Source: Pseudovirgaria hyperparasitica
Taxonomy: Eukaryota
DNA: 64,000 nt
Direction: 5' to 3' (one strand)
NCBI GenBank assembly: GCA_010093815.1
Contig: ML996566.1
Part shown: positions 34,662 to 44,524 of the stretch, piece by piece
How the letters are laid out: each line of letters opens with the position of its first letter
How positions within the stretch are numbered: the first letter of the stretch is position 1
Made by a program: the position numbers and the translations under genes
Notes under the pieces: generated by a model
What the model saw: only the letters and a program-made list of their open reading frames with translations
Told to the model about the DNA's origin: nothing
Database searches by the model: none

Positions 34662-35567
34662 TCAGCACGGCAAAGCCCGCTCATCAGTCGGCGTCTTAAA
34701 CAGCACCAACTCCTCCTTCCTTCGCATAGCCACATCGGCAACCCCCAAATCATGCCCGAGCAAGTCCTGCGAAAAGATACTCGCAAAGTTCCCCGACGGC
34801 GCCGCCTTGATGGCCTTGTAAAACTCCAACAATTGCGGCGCCATCTCGCCACCGTTGAACGCCACACTGACCACGACGCCGTACTGGTTCGCGTTCAGGT
34901 CGACGTCAGCAAGATTCATGCTGACGTTGTGCTCGAACTTGTGCAGATCTTGCCGCAGCAGGGCTTCCATATCAGCCGGTGACAAGGGAATGGAGAATTG
35001 GCGTGATACTTCGAGGCATGCGGGCTCGATGCATCGGTGGCCAACGCCAATGGTCTCGGCGCCGAGTTGGTCGCGGTAGATGGACGGCATGCGACCTTCT
35101 TTGTGTATCAGTAGGTCCAGCGAGGCTTTGTTGATCTGAGGTGTGCATCTGCCGGTGTTGTGTGGTGCTGGCTTTGGTGGTGAGGGCTTAAGGGCCGGAA
35201 TCGGGGCGAGCAGGGGGGAAGTTGATACTGCGGGCGAGGCCGGGATCAGGGCAGGTGAGGGATGCGGTGGAGGAGGTGGTGGCCGTGTGTCTTGCTCCTT
35301 CGCTGGAGCTGGAGGTGGAGGTGGAGAAGGGGGATGAATGGATGTCGATGGAGCGGGTGCTGGGACGACGTGATGCGGAGCAGATGGTAAAGGAGCAGGC
35401 GCTGGCGCAACAGGCATTGGGGGAGCTTTAGGGGCCTCGGACTCGGGTGCAAACTGGGTGAAAGTGGAGGTGTTGTGCCATTTACCGTCGTCGTATGCGA
35501 CAGGTAGCCCCAATGTCGATGGGCCGAAGAAGAGGGCAGTAAGTGCGAGGATGTGCGAAGAGTGCAT
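34662..35567 (-). CDS. Secreted GH24 (phage-type) lysozyme/muramidase with a Pro-rich N-terminal linker (~301 aa)
   Basis: Signal peptide MHSSHILALTALFFGPSTLG. Catalytic E-x8-D-x5-T motif in KEGRMPSIYRDQLGAETIGVGH. Also LNANQYGVVVSVAFNGG and RRKEELVLF. Confidence 0.85.
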   Translation of the reverse strand: MHSSHILALTALFFGPSTLGLPVAYDDGKWHNTSTFTQFAPESEAPKAPPMPVAPAPAPLPSAPHHVVPAPAPSTSIHPPSPPPPPAPAKEQDTRPPPPPPHPSPALIPASPAVSTSPLLAPIPALKPSPPKPAPHNTGRCTPQINKASLDLLIHKEGRMPSIYRDQLGAETIGVGHRCIEPACLEVSRQFSIPLSPADMEALLRQDLHKFEHNVSMNLADVDLNANQYGVVVSVAFNGGEMAPQLLEFYKAIKAAPSGNFASIFSQDLLGHDLGVADVAMRRKEELVLFKTPTDERALPC

Positions 35568-36226
35568 GGTGAATGGATGGATGTATAGGTTATCCACACT
35601 AAGCTTTCGTAGGTAGTTCGATGATGTTATGAGACGACAAAGTCTCACTCAAGATGGTATGAGTGAGTTGAATTGATGGGAGTAGTTGTTTGTTTGATGT
35701 GATGAAGCCATAATTGCACCCGGGACGACACATATTTGTATGGCTCGATGGCTGACCTCGAGTCTCTTCCCAGCTTCATGGCGAAGGAGTTGGTATTTCT
35801 CCTAAAGAGTGGGCGTACTGAGGCAGGGTCTTTCACTCGGTCCCAGACTGGAAGCATAGCCACCAGAAAGGGGACATAACTGCTACTGATGCTGGAGGCA
35901 TGGTGCCGGAGATTATAGAGGTGTAGCAGAGCAACCACGGCAGGGAATTATCTCCGATGCAGGTACTCACACTTCTTCTAGGGTCTTCATTGCTGGGCAG
36001 AAGACATTTCGGCACATATAATTCTGGAATCTGAATTGCTCCGCACCAATATGCAGACGAGATGGCTGTGGCTGTCAAGCTTTTGTGTTGTGGTTCTTGA
36101 TCTGGGGAAGCGGCTGGTCCCGCCGCCACATCCAACGTTATGCGCCACAGCTATGCACAGACTACCCCGAGGTCCTGCCTAGCACGCCCCAAGGCTAGTC
36201 CAGGAGCGTACCTAGCGTGCCACTCT

Positions 36227-36280
36227 ACGCGCATCGCGTGAGACGCGTTGAACCTCAGTCAAGCACACATTCTCAACGCG
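36227..36280 (+). promoter_or_regulatory. MCB-like elements upstream of CTF18
   Basis: ACGCGT at 36243-36248, plus ACGCG cores at 36227 and 36276. Confidence 0.5.
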
Positions 36281-36345
36281 AGTGATAGGGAAAGCATCTA
36301 TGTACGACTACATGAATATTATTGACAATATGTGCTTGAGCATTC

Positions 36346-39300
36346 ATGTATCCATCCTCGCCTGATATACCAACATCTTTTGATCCAGCTATTCATTTGC
36401 ATTCCGAAGTCGACACGCGTCTGCCATCTGAAAACCACTCTGACGAGATCGAAGCCCAGCTGCAACAGATAGAGGAGACCAGGATCACGAAAAACAGAGA
36501 AGGCATTGTGATTCAGCATCGCGCTTGGAGATCTGTTGACGCATTTCGGAGTGAGGAAGACTATATATTTGGTACAGCTCCTTTATTGCTGAGCGCGTCT
36601 GCATTGCCTCATATATCACAGATACACCAACGAGAACGCGGGTGAAGCGTGCGAGTAGCAACAAAAGTAGCATCTTCCCGTCCTCCCCACCGACGAGAAC
36701 TATGCCGTTCATCTCGTCTCCAGTAGCTTATCCAGCGACCTCGTCTCCAGCTGCGCACTCCCCCAGGAAACGAAGGAAGCTTGGGGACGATGGGAAACCA
36801 TCTAGGAGTCCATTGGATGTAGTCGATGCCAACAAGCGTCAAACCGCCGGGCCTTTTCTAGAGGAGGACGACGATGACTCGGAAGAAGATTCAGATGACC
36901 TAAAAGCCAGGCTCGGCAAACGCAAAGCGGTGCAATTCACGCATAAAAGCTCTCCCCCACCTATGGATCCTGCCCAGGTTAGTCAGCCCAGTGATGTGGT
37001 TGAAGCAGTCGAATCAGTCGCGGAGATAGCGTCAACAGCGAATCGTGAGGTAGCGCCTACCGAGACTCGACATGGAGGGCTTCAGCTGGCGAAAGCGACG
37101 ACTGAATCAGGCCGAATCGTCTCTATTGCAGAGAGAAGAAAGAAGACTGCAAAAACGTATGAGCAAATAATCGCCTCGCGATCCAATTATGCTCCAGGAG
37201 AAGCCCGCCAATGCTACTATGGTCTGAACATCCACCAACTGATGGATGACGCTAATCGTGAGGACGCTTCGAAGGCGGAAGCTGCGAGACTACATAGTCT
37301 CGAAGAGCCTCTGCCATCCATAGAACAAGCTGCACCAACAAAGCCGAAGCGAACCCTAATGTGGACCGAAAAGTACCGAGCAAAGAAGTTCACTGATCTT
37401 GTGGGAGATGAAAGAACCCATCGCTCAGTCCTCCGCTGGCTCAAAGGCTGGGATTCGATCGTGTTCCCCGGTTCCAATAGGCCAAAGCCAAAATCGCGCT
37501 CAGGAGTCCATGCTGAGACTGAAGAGCAGAGATACAGGAAAATTCTGCTGCTTACGGGACCTCCGGGCCTGGGCAAGACTACTCTAGCACACGTTTGTGC
37601 ACGACAGGCTGGATACGAAGCAAAGGAAATCAATGCCAGTGACGAGCGCAGTAAGGACGTTGTAAAGGGGCGCATTCGTGATATGGTGGGAACCGAGAAC
37701 GTTCGAGGCATCGATTCGAATACCGCAGACGGCAAAGTACGCAAAGCAGGCCGTCCGGTGTGTGTCATCGTTGATGAGGTTGATGGTGTAGTGGGTGGCA
37801 GTGGTGGAGGTGGAGAAGGGGGCTTTGTCAAAGCTCTGATCGACCTAATTCACCTTGACCAGCGAAATGCGAACGTAATTAATTCACAGACTCCAGCTGC
37901 CACGCCAGCAGCACGGAAGAAAAAAGGTGATAAGTTCAGACTTTTACGGCCTATCATTTTGATCTGCAACGACCTCTACCACCCATCCCTTCGACCTCTG
38001 CGACAGAGCTCCCTGGCAGAAGTCGTCCACATCCGGAAACCACCATTGGGTATGGTGATATCTCGCATTCACTCCGTTTTCGAAAAAGAAGGTATCCCGT
38101 GCGATTCGGATGGTGTTCGGCGCTTGTGCGAGGCAACTTGGGGAGTCAGTAACCGTAAAGAAGGTGGCAATGGAACTGGAACTGGCGAAGGCGACATACG
38201 CAGCGTCATGGTAGTTGGTGAATGGGTTGCAGGCAAACTTCGTGCATGTGTGGACAAAGGCGAGATGCGTCTGACGAAGAAATGGGTGGAGGAGCACATA
38301 CTGGGTGACCTTGGCCATGGGGGTGGCGCTGCTCGCTCCTTAGGACGAGGAGGAGCTCGTGAGGTCGCAGAGAGAATCTTCCAGGAAAACGCTGGATTCC
38401 CGAAGACGACTATGGTGGCTCCTGTCGACATTGATCCCTTCGCGCCTGAAAGGGATGGCCCAGTAGGTGTCGCCGAAGCAAACAAGAGTCGTGCCATGCA
38501 GCGCCTGCGAGAAATGGTGGATACGAGCGGCGATGCTGACAAGATTGTCGCAGGTATGAACACCTGAACCAACTAAAGACCTTTACTTACGCATCCATTG
38601 TAGACTGTCACTCCAACTACGCGACTTATCCTTACCAAGATGACACCTTCCTCACCAAACCCAACACCGCCTACGAGTGGCTCCACTTCCACGACATAAT
38701 CAGCTCCTCTGTGCATACTAGCCAAGAGTGGGAACTCGCACCGTACCTCTCTCAAACGCCCCTCGCCTTCCACCATCTGTTCGCCTCCTCTACCACCCGC
38801 CTGGCCCAGAACACACGCACAAACGACACCACCTCCCTATCCGATAGCGAGCCGCTCCCCTTCACCGGTCCTACCGCCCCTTACTCCGCATCCGAAGCCC
38901 TCAAAGCAAACAAAGCCTCCCTCTCCGCCCTCCACGCCTCCTTGTCCCTCCCACTAACCCGCACATTTCGCTCTCCGGCCACCCTCGCAACCGACCTCCT
39001 GCCGTACGTCACCCGCATGCTAGCCCCAGACGTCAAGCCCGTCATTATTCAATCTGGCTCATCAGCCACATCCAAGTTCAGCAACACAAGCACAGCGTCC
39101 GTGCGGCGCGGCGCAGAAAAGCAACTCGTGGCGCGCGCCGTAAATGCCATGATCGCGACGGGCGTGCGGTTCGAGCGCAGTCGCGTCGAGTACGATGCCG
39201 CAGCCGGACCTGGCACGCGCGCTGACTGGGTGTTTCGCATGGAGCCGCCGCTGGATGCACAGGCGGTGTTTGAGACGCTGGGTGGTTGTGCCGGGGCGGA

Positions 39301-39682
39301 GGCAAAGGTGCGGTTTGCGGTCAGGCAGGTCCTGGAGGCGGAGTATCGGCGGGAGGTTGCGAAGAGGGAGAACGAGGAGCGGAAGAAGAGAGGTGGCATT
39401 GTGGATGTTGATATACTGATGGATGCCAACGCCGGAGAGGGTTTGGCGGAGAAGGTTGGTTCTGTCGTGAAGGTACCGATGGTCAAGAAGGATTTCTTTG
39501 GGAGGGTGCTGAGGAAGGAGGAGGAGAGGGTTGAGGGTGATGGCGATGGAACGTCACGGAATAAGAAGAAGAGTAAGGAGCATGAGAGGGCGGAAGGCCG
39601 GGTGTGGGTTAGTTATAATGAGGGCTTCTCGAATGCTGTCCGGAAGCCGATTACGTTGAAGGAGTTATTGAGCGGTTTCTAG
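36346..39682 (+). CDS. CTF18: Chromosome transmission fidelity protein 18, alternative RFC clamp-loader large subunit (~1078 aa); exons 36346..36571, 36622..38553, 38604..39682
   Basis: MWTEKYRAKKFTDLVGDERTHR, Walker A GPPGLGKTT, EINASDER, Walker B VDEVDG, RPIILICND, KKDFFGR and the C-terminal VWVSYNEGFSNAVRKPITLKEL. Two 50-nt introns restore the frame. Confidence 0.95.
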
Positions 39683-40156
39683 CACGGCATTGTTTATTAT
39701 CGGCACATACACACACACTAGCGTTATCATAGGGCATGACCAAGGTTATTCACCTTTGATTTGGTTCGCTCCCTGTAACTTATATGATAATCTTCACACA
39801 ATCATCATTGACATTCAGTATCCCAGACCACCTAGACACGAGGAGACAGACCTTTTGATTAATTCCAATTGTTGCTTTATTTCATTGCTATGTCGCAAAG
39901 CTGTTTTTGGACTCTGCGATATAGACAGACTATGGGTATATTTTTGCGCCTATACCCACGGACATGAGATAATTATGAGTCTAGCGACGTTTAGTCGGCA
40001 GTAAACAGGGGTATATGTGCGCATCGTTGAACATGTTACAAGAGATTGTGTCTCACGATCGATATCATATGGCAGTCTGTCAATCTCGCCTTGCGTGATG
40101 CGATGGCCGCCCAGACTCGCGATGGTTTCGAGGTCCTGCTTCGTTTTCCTAACGCT

Positions 40157-40996
40157 TCAGCGTTTGCGCGTTCGTCTCGTAGCCCGGACCTTGTTCGCCC
40201 TCTGGCCTCCCTTGGTGTCCTCAGGTTCCGACTCCTCTTCAGCCTCATCCTCGTCCTCCCCATCCTCCTCATCATCTCCCACGGAGTCCGAGACCGCTGA
40301 CTGCGCCTTGCTATTGCGCCCTGCGGACGCTGCCTTTCCCTTTACGCCCCGCCCACTCAGCTTTGCAGCTCGCCCCTTTTTCGCCGGCGGCGAGCTCTGT
40401 ACCTCGACCTCCTCCTCCTTCTCGTCTGACCCAACGCTACCCTGGCCCAACGATATCGGCCGCGCATCGTCCCTCCCAAACTGCAGTTCTGGAAGCTCGG
40501 GCGAGCTACTTCTCTCCGCGTCGCTCGGCGGGAATCGGCGCGCCCACATTAAGTCGCCAAACTCGTCGTCCGGCAGCTCGAAGCTCGGCATCTGGTCCTC
40601 GTCATCTGCATCCTCCGGATCCGGATCTTCGGCAAAATTGTGTCCGTTTTCGCGATCGTCGAGGGTCTCTAGGTCGTACAGCGCGTTTAGCTTGCGCCAG
40701 ATGCCGGGGATGCGGGTGTGGGAGGATGCGCTGCCGGTGTAGCCGTGGGAACGCAGGTCTCTGGAGATGGAGAGCATGCGGAAGTGCTTGTGCATACCAG
40801 TGGGTTTGTAGCGGATGAGGTTCTTGAAGAGGAGGGATTCTTGGTCGTCGGTCCATGGGTCGTTGGCGAGGTCTTTGGGGCTTTGCTCGGTTTGGGGGGA
40901 GGCTGCGGTGGCCGTGGTGTCGATGGGGGTTTTGGGTTGAGATTCGGCAAGAGGGGTAGTCGCGGCGCTGACTTTGGCTCTTTTTCGGGGCGGCAT
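40157..40996 (-). CDS. EAF7: NuA4 histone acetyltransferase subunit Eaf7 (CT20/MRGBP family), 279 aa
   Basis: WTDDQESLLFKNLIRYKPTGMHKHFRMLSI...IWRKLNALYDLETLDDRE...FELP, with an acidic/basic tail. Confidence 0.9.
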   Translation of the reverse strand: MPPRKRAKVSAATTPLAESQPKTPIDTTATAASPQTEQSPKDLANDPWTDDQESLLFKNLIRYKPTGMHKHFRMLSISRDLRSHGYTGSASSHTRIPGIWRKLNALYDLETLDDRENGHNFAEDPDPEDADDEDQMPSFELPDDEFGDLMWARRFPPSDAERSSSPELPELQFGRDDARPISLGQGSVGSDEKEEEVEVQSSPPAKKGRAAKLSGRGVKGKAASAGRNSKAQSAVSDSVGDDEEDGEDEDEAEEESEPEDTKGGQRANKVRATRRTRKR

Positions 40997-41150
40997 GCTG
41001 AATGTAAGAATTGATGTGTATGAGGATCAATTGGAAGTGAATCGTAAGGCCGACTGTAGGAGCAGATTGAGCTGGTACCTAAAGTATGTATGATAGCTCT
41101 GTAGGGCTGAACGGCTTGGCGTTCGTAGTTGGCCCATGCCGCCCCACCAA

Positions 41151-41182
41151 ACGCGTCTCCCCGCACTTTTCCATTTACGCGT
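41151..41182. promoter_or_regulatory. Two MCB elements in the ~200-bp EAF7/GCP6 bidirectional promoter
   Basis: ACGCGT at 41151-41156 and 41177-41182, both in the context ACGCGTCT. Confidence 0.55.
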
Positions 41183-41199
41183 CTTCATCTCATGTAGTT

Positions 41200-44030
41200 A
41201 TGGAGCTGCAAGACGACAGCGGTGATCCGTTCGATGTTGCAGCAATATGGCAGACCTCTATTTTCGCAAAGGATATGCATATCGAACCCTCGGATCTGTT
41301 CCCTGGGACCGGACTTGATAGTCAGTACGAATCTTTGGTGTTACCGACTGCGATTGCTAACGTTACTTAGTCCCAGCAGTCAAGCTTGACAATCCATATG
41401 CGCCGAAAGTGTCATTGGACGAAGCGCTTCAATTGCCAAACATAGATGATTTTCAGTTCGCGAGTCTTGACGATTCCCTGCAACCTCTCGAGACCGAGAC
41501 GTCTTCGGACGAAGATCAACTGCCTGTGCTCCACGATGAAATTGATGACCTTTGGGACCTTGAGTGCGAGTTCCATAAATCAGATTCTACACCTCAACTC
41601 TTCTCCTGGGAAGCCTTCGAATCTCAAACAATCGATCGCCCTTCTCCATTATATCTCTCAGAAGCTGGTCCTACCGTCTTTGATGCTATACTTTCACAAA
41701 CCAATGCCTCTACGCAGAAAGATACTCGAGCAATACGAACCGATGCCCTCTTGAATTGCTTATTTAACTTGGGTCTGGGTCGATCATCAGTGCTCTTTCA
41801 ATTCACCAAAGGGAAGAATGTCGCTCACAGCGTTTCGGCGGAGCATATGACGGGGCTGAGCGTGCAACTCACTCAGGCAGTAATCGGAGACTTCTTGGAA
41901 TGTGGTACGACGTTCCGACTCTTGACCTCGTTCGTGGACCGAACATATGCATCCGCGAAAGCATTTCCCGCAATGGTTGCTCTGGCAAACACAGTCTCTA
42001 CTGTGCTGTCCACCATGGTCACTCAACTTGAAAGTCGTTATGTCCAAAGTTTATTACAGCTCGAAGCTCTGTTTAAAGAGCCGAAACTGCTTATGCAAGA
42101 ATTGAAAGATCTGTTATCATATGTGCGTGGCGCTCGAACGAATACTGCTCTGGTCGTCAGAGTATACAATTTCGTTGCCAAGAAAGGGCAACAGAGTGCT
42201 CTGCTGAACGCTGTCAATCTTCATGTGCTCGCTCGTGTGTCGCAGCCATGGCTGAACCTTGTCCAAGAGTGGACAGGAATGCACGAACAAACCATGTATG
42301 GTGGCCTTGAGACTGAGGACGACTTTTTTGCGCAACGGGCCCCGGACCCGGAAGACAAAGCTGTTACAGCCAAGGTCGCCGAGTTCCTATACATACACCA
42401 GCATATGCCTCCCTTTATCCCTGACGCCGAAGGCGAAATGATATTTGAGACCGGCAGTGCTGTTCGTTTTCTACGCCACCATCATCCCGAGCATCCAACT
42501 TGTTCTATGAAACGACTGAAACTTCAGGTGCCGGAATTACAATGGCGCTTCACTTGGGATGATGTAGAGCGTACGGCAGGGAAGGCGAAAGACTTTGAGG
42601 CAAGCTTACAGAACGCCATAAAAAGATATGTCACCGGCGACCTTTCACGGCCCGCTAGTAAAGGTCAAAAAAGCTTCGTATCGTCCAGTGATAGTGGTCA
42701 AGCCACATTCATAGACTTTGCGAACTTCATAGAGAATAGTGCCTCACTGCTTGATTCCCAGCCGCCGCCCGAGGAGTCTCAGCTCCCACAAGAACTAGTT
42801 GCATTGATGTCGCTAGCCCTAGATGGGACTTCCGCCATTCCGCCAAGGGATGTAAATACCTTCGAACCACCTTTAGCTCTGTCGCCGGTACTCACGCTGA
42901 TTCCTCTACTAAGGATACAAGCCCAGCTTGTCAATGCCGTCACTTTAAGACTTTTTTTCCGAACTCACGGCCTTCGTCATCATCTTGACCTCCATAGGCA
43001 ATACCATTTGTTCGGCGATGGTGTCTTTCTCGCTCAACTATCGACTGCTTTGTTCAGTCCGGACTTGAGGACCGCAGAGAGAGAAAAGGGAAAGGTAAGG
43101 ACTGGAGCAACAATGGGTCTGAGACTCGGGACTAGAACCACTTGGCCTCCAGCAAGCTCCGAACTGAGGCTTGCATTGATGGGCGTTCTCAGTGATTGCT
43201 ACCACTCCTCGGAGCTTTATTTATCCCATGTGAAGCATACAATGGATGTGCGCGAGCGAAAACGCGAGGACGGTGATCTTCCTGGACGACTCAGCTTTTC
43301 TGTACGTCATCTTCCCGAGGCCGAGATCACAAGAGTCATGGACCCAAATTCGCTGTATGCCTTGGATTTCCTACGCCTCCAGTACGACGCTCCTTCACCC
43401 ATCAACCTCGTGATTACGCCATCTTCGCTCGAAAAGTACGACCAAGTTTTCAAGTTCCTGTGTCGACTCTTACGCATGCTCTTTGTCGTTAACCATCTTC
43501 CGCGAGATCTGTCGTCCAAAGTGGCCCGTAAGTTTCGAACCGAAGCTATCCATTTTGTCGTCACTGTCAGCTCATACTTTTTCGACACTGGCATTTGCGA
43601 GAAATGGACTTCGTTCGCTGAGTCTCTAGACAACATCGAAATACGTTTGAGACAAGAGGATGCCACTCATGAGTATGGCTCTGTTGTTTCTGAGGGACTT
43701 GGTCACGTGCGCAAGGCTCACGAAGCCTGCCTAGATCGCATCATGCTGACCCTCTTTCTGCGGAAACGGCACGACAAGGTCATAGGTCTTTTGGAAGAGA
43801 TATTCTCTTATATCCTTGAATTCGCTGGGCATGCCGAGCCTCATGTACCTGAGGTCGATGGCCTTTACAAGAAACTGCACGATAAAACGAAGGTGTTCCT
43901 GCAAGTCTGTCGTGGATTGAGTGGCAGACGGAGTAAGAAGGTCACAACGACGACAGGCGACGAGATGGATGTCGAGAAGCTTGTTGTCAAGATGGACGTC
44001 TCGGGATACTATGGAGACGAATCTCCGTGA
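41200..44030 (+). CDS. GCP6: Gamma-tubulin ring complex component (Spc97/Spc98 family, GCP6-like, ~926 aa); exons 41200..41320 and 41371..44030
   Basis: LRHHLDLHRQYHLFGDGVF, WPPASSELRLALM, ALDFLRLQY..PSPINLVITPSSLEKYDQVFKFL, AHEACLDRI. Intron 41321..41370 (GTCAGT...GCTAAC...TAG). The family is secure; the paralogue assignment is less so. Confidence 0.82.
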
Positions 44031-44524
44031 TGGAAATTCATCGATACGACTAATGATAGTCCAGACTGAGACCTTGATGTATAACCGGCCCCCAACGAAC
44101 TAATCCAGGATTGTGCCCTGCGCCCGAGGCTGAGACTCCACACAGAACGTTGCCTTATCTAAAGGGAATCTGCACTTTGGCAACACTTGCTTTCTTGCCA
44201 TTAATCAAAAGCAATGAATCAGCTCCAGGAGAACGTCGATACTACACCGACGCCTGCATCGTCTGTGGACGCCACGATGCAGTTGGAACCGCTCCCTGCC
44301 ATTTCGCCGCCAATCAAAGCCCGCAAACGGGACGTCATCATCAGCGGTGCCAGAATTGCTAAAAGCTTACCCTCCATCGCTTGGTATGCTACGAAACTTG
44401 GTGCGCGTCGAACGATGAAGACGAGCAGTAATCGCCAACGCCACTTGCGTGAGAAGTTAAAGGTCAATAGGCACTCTTGCGCCATCAATCGCCCTCTTAC
44501 TTACCAACCTCGTAGCATTCATCC

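Noticed and set aside
40017..40818. Plus-strand ORFs of 241 and 151 aa
   Set aside because: Antisense shadows of the GC-rich EAF7 gene.
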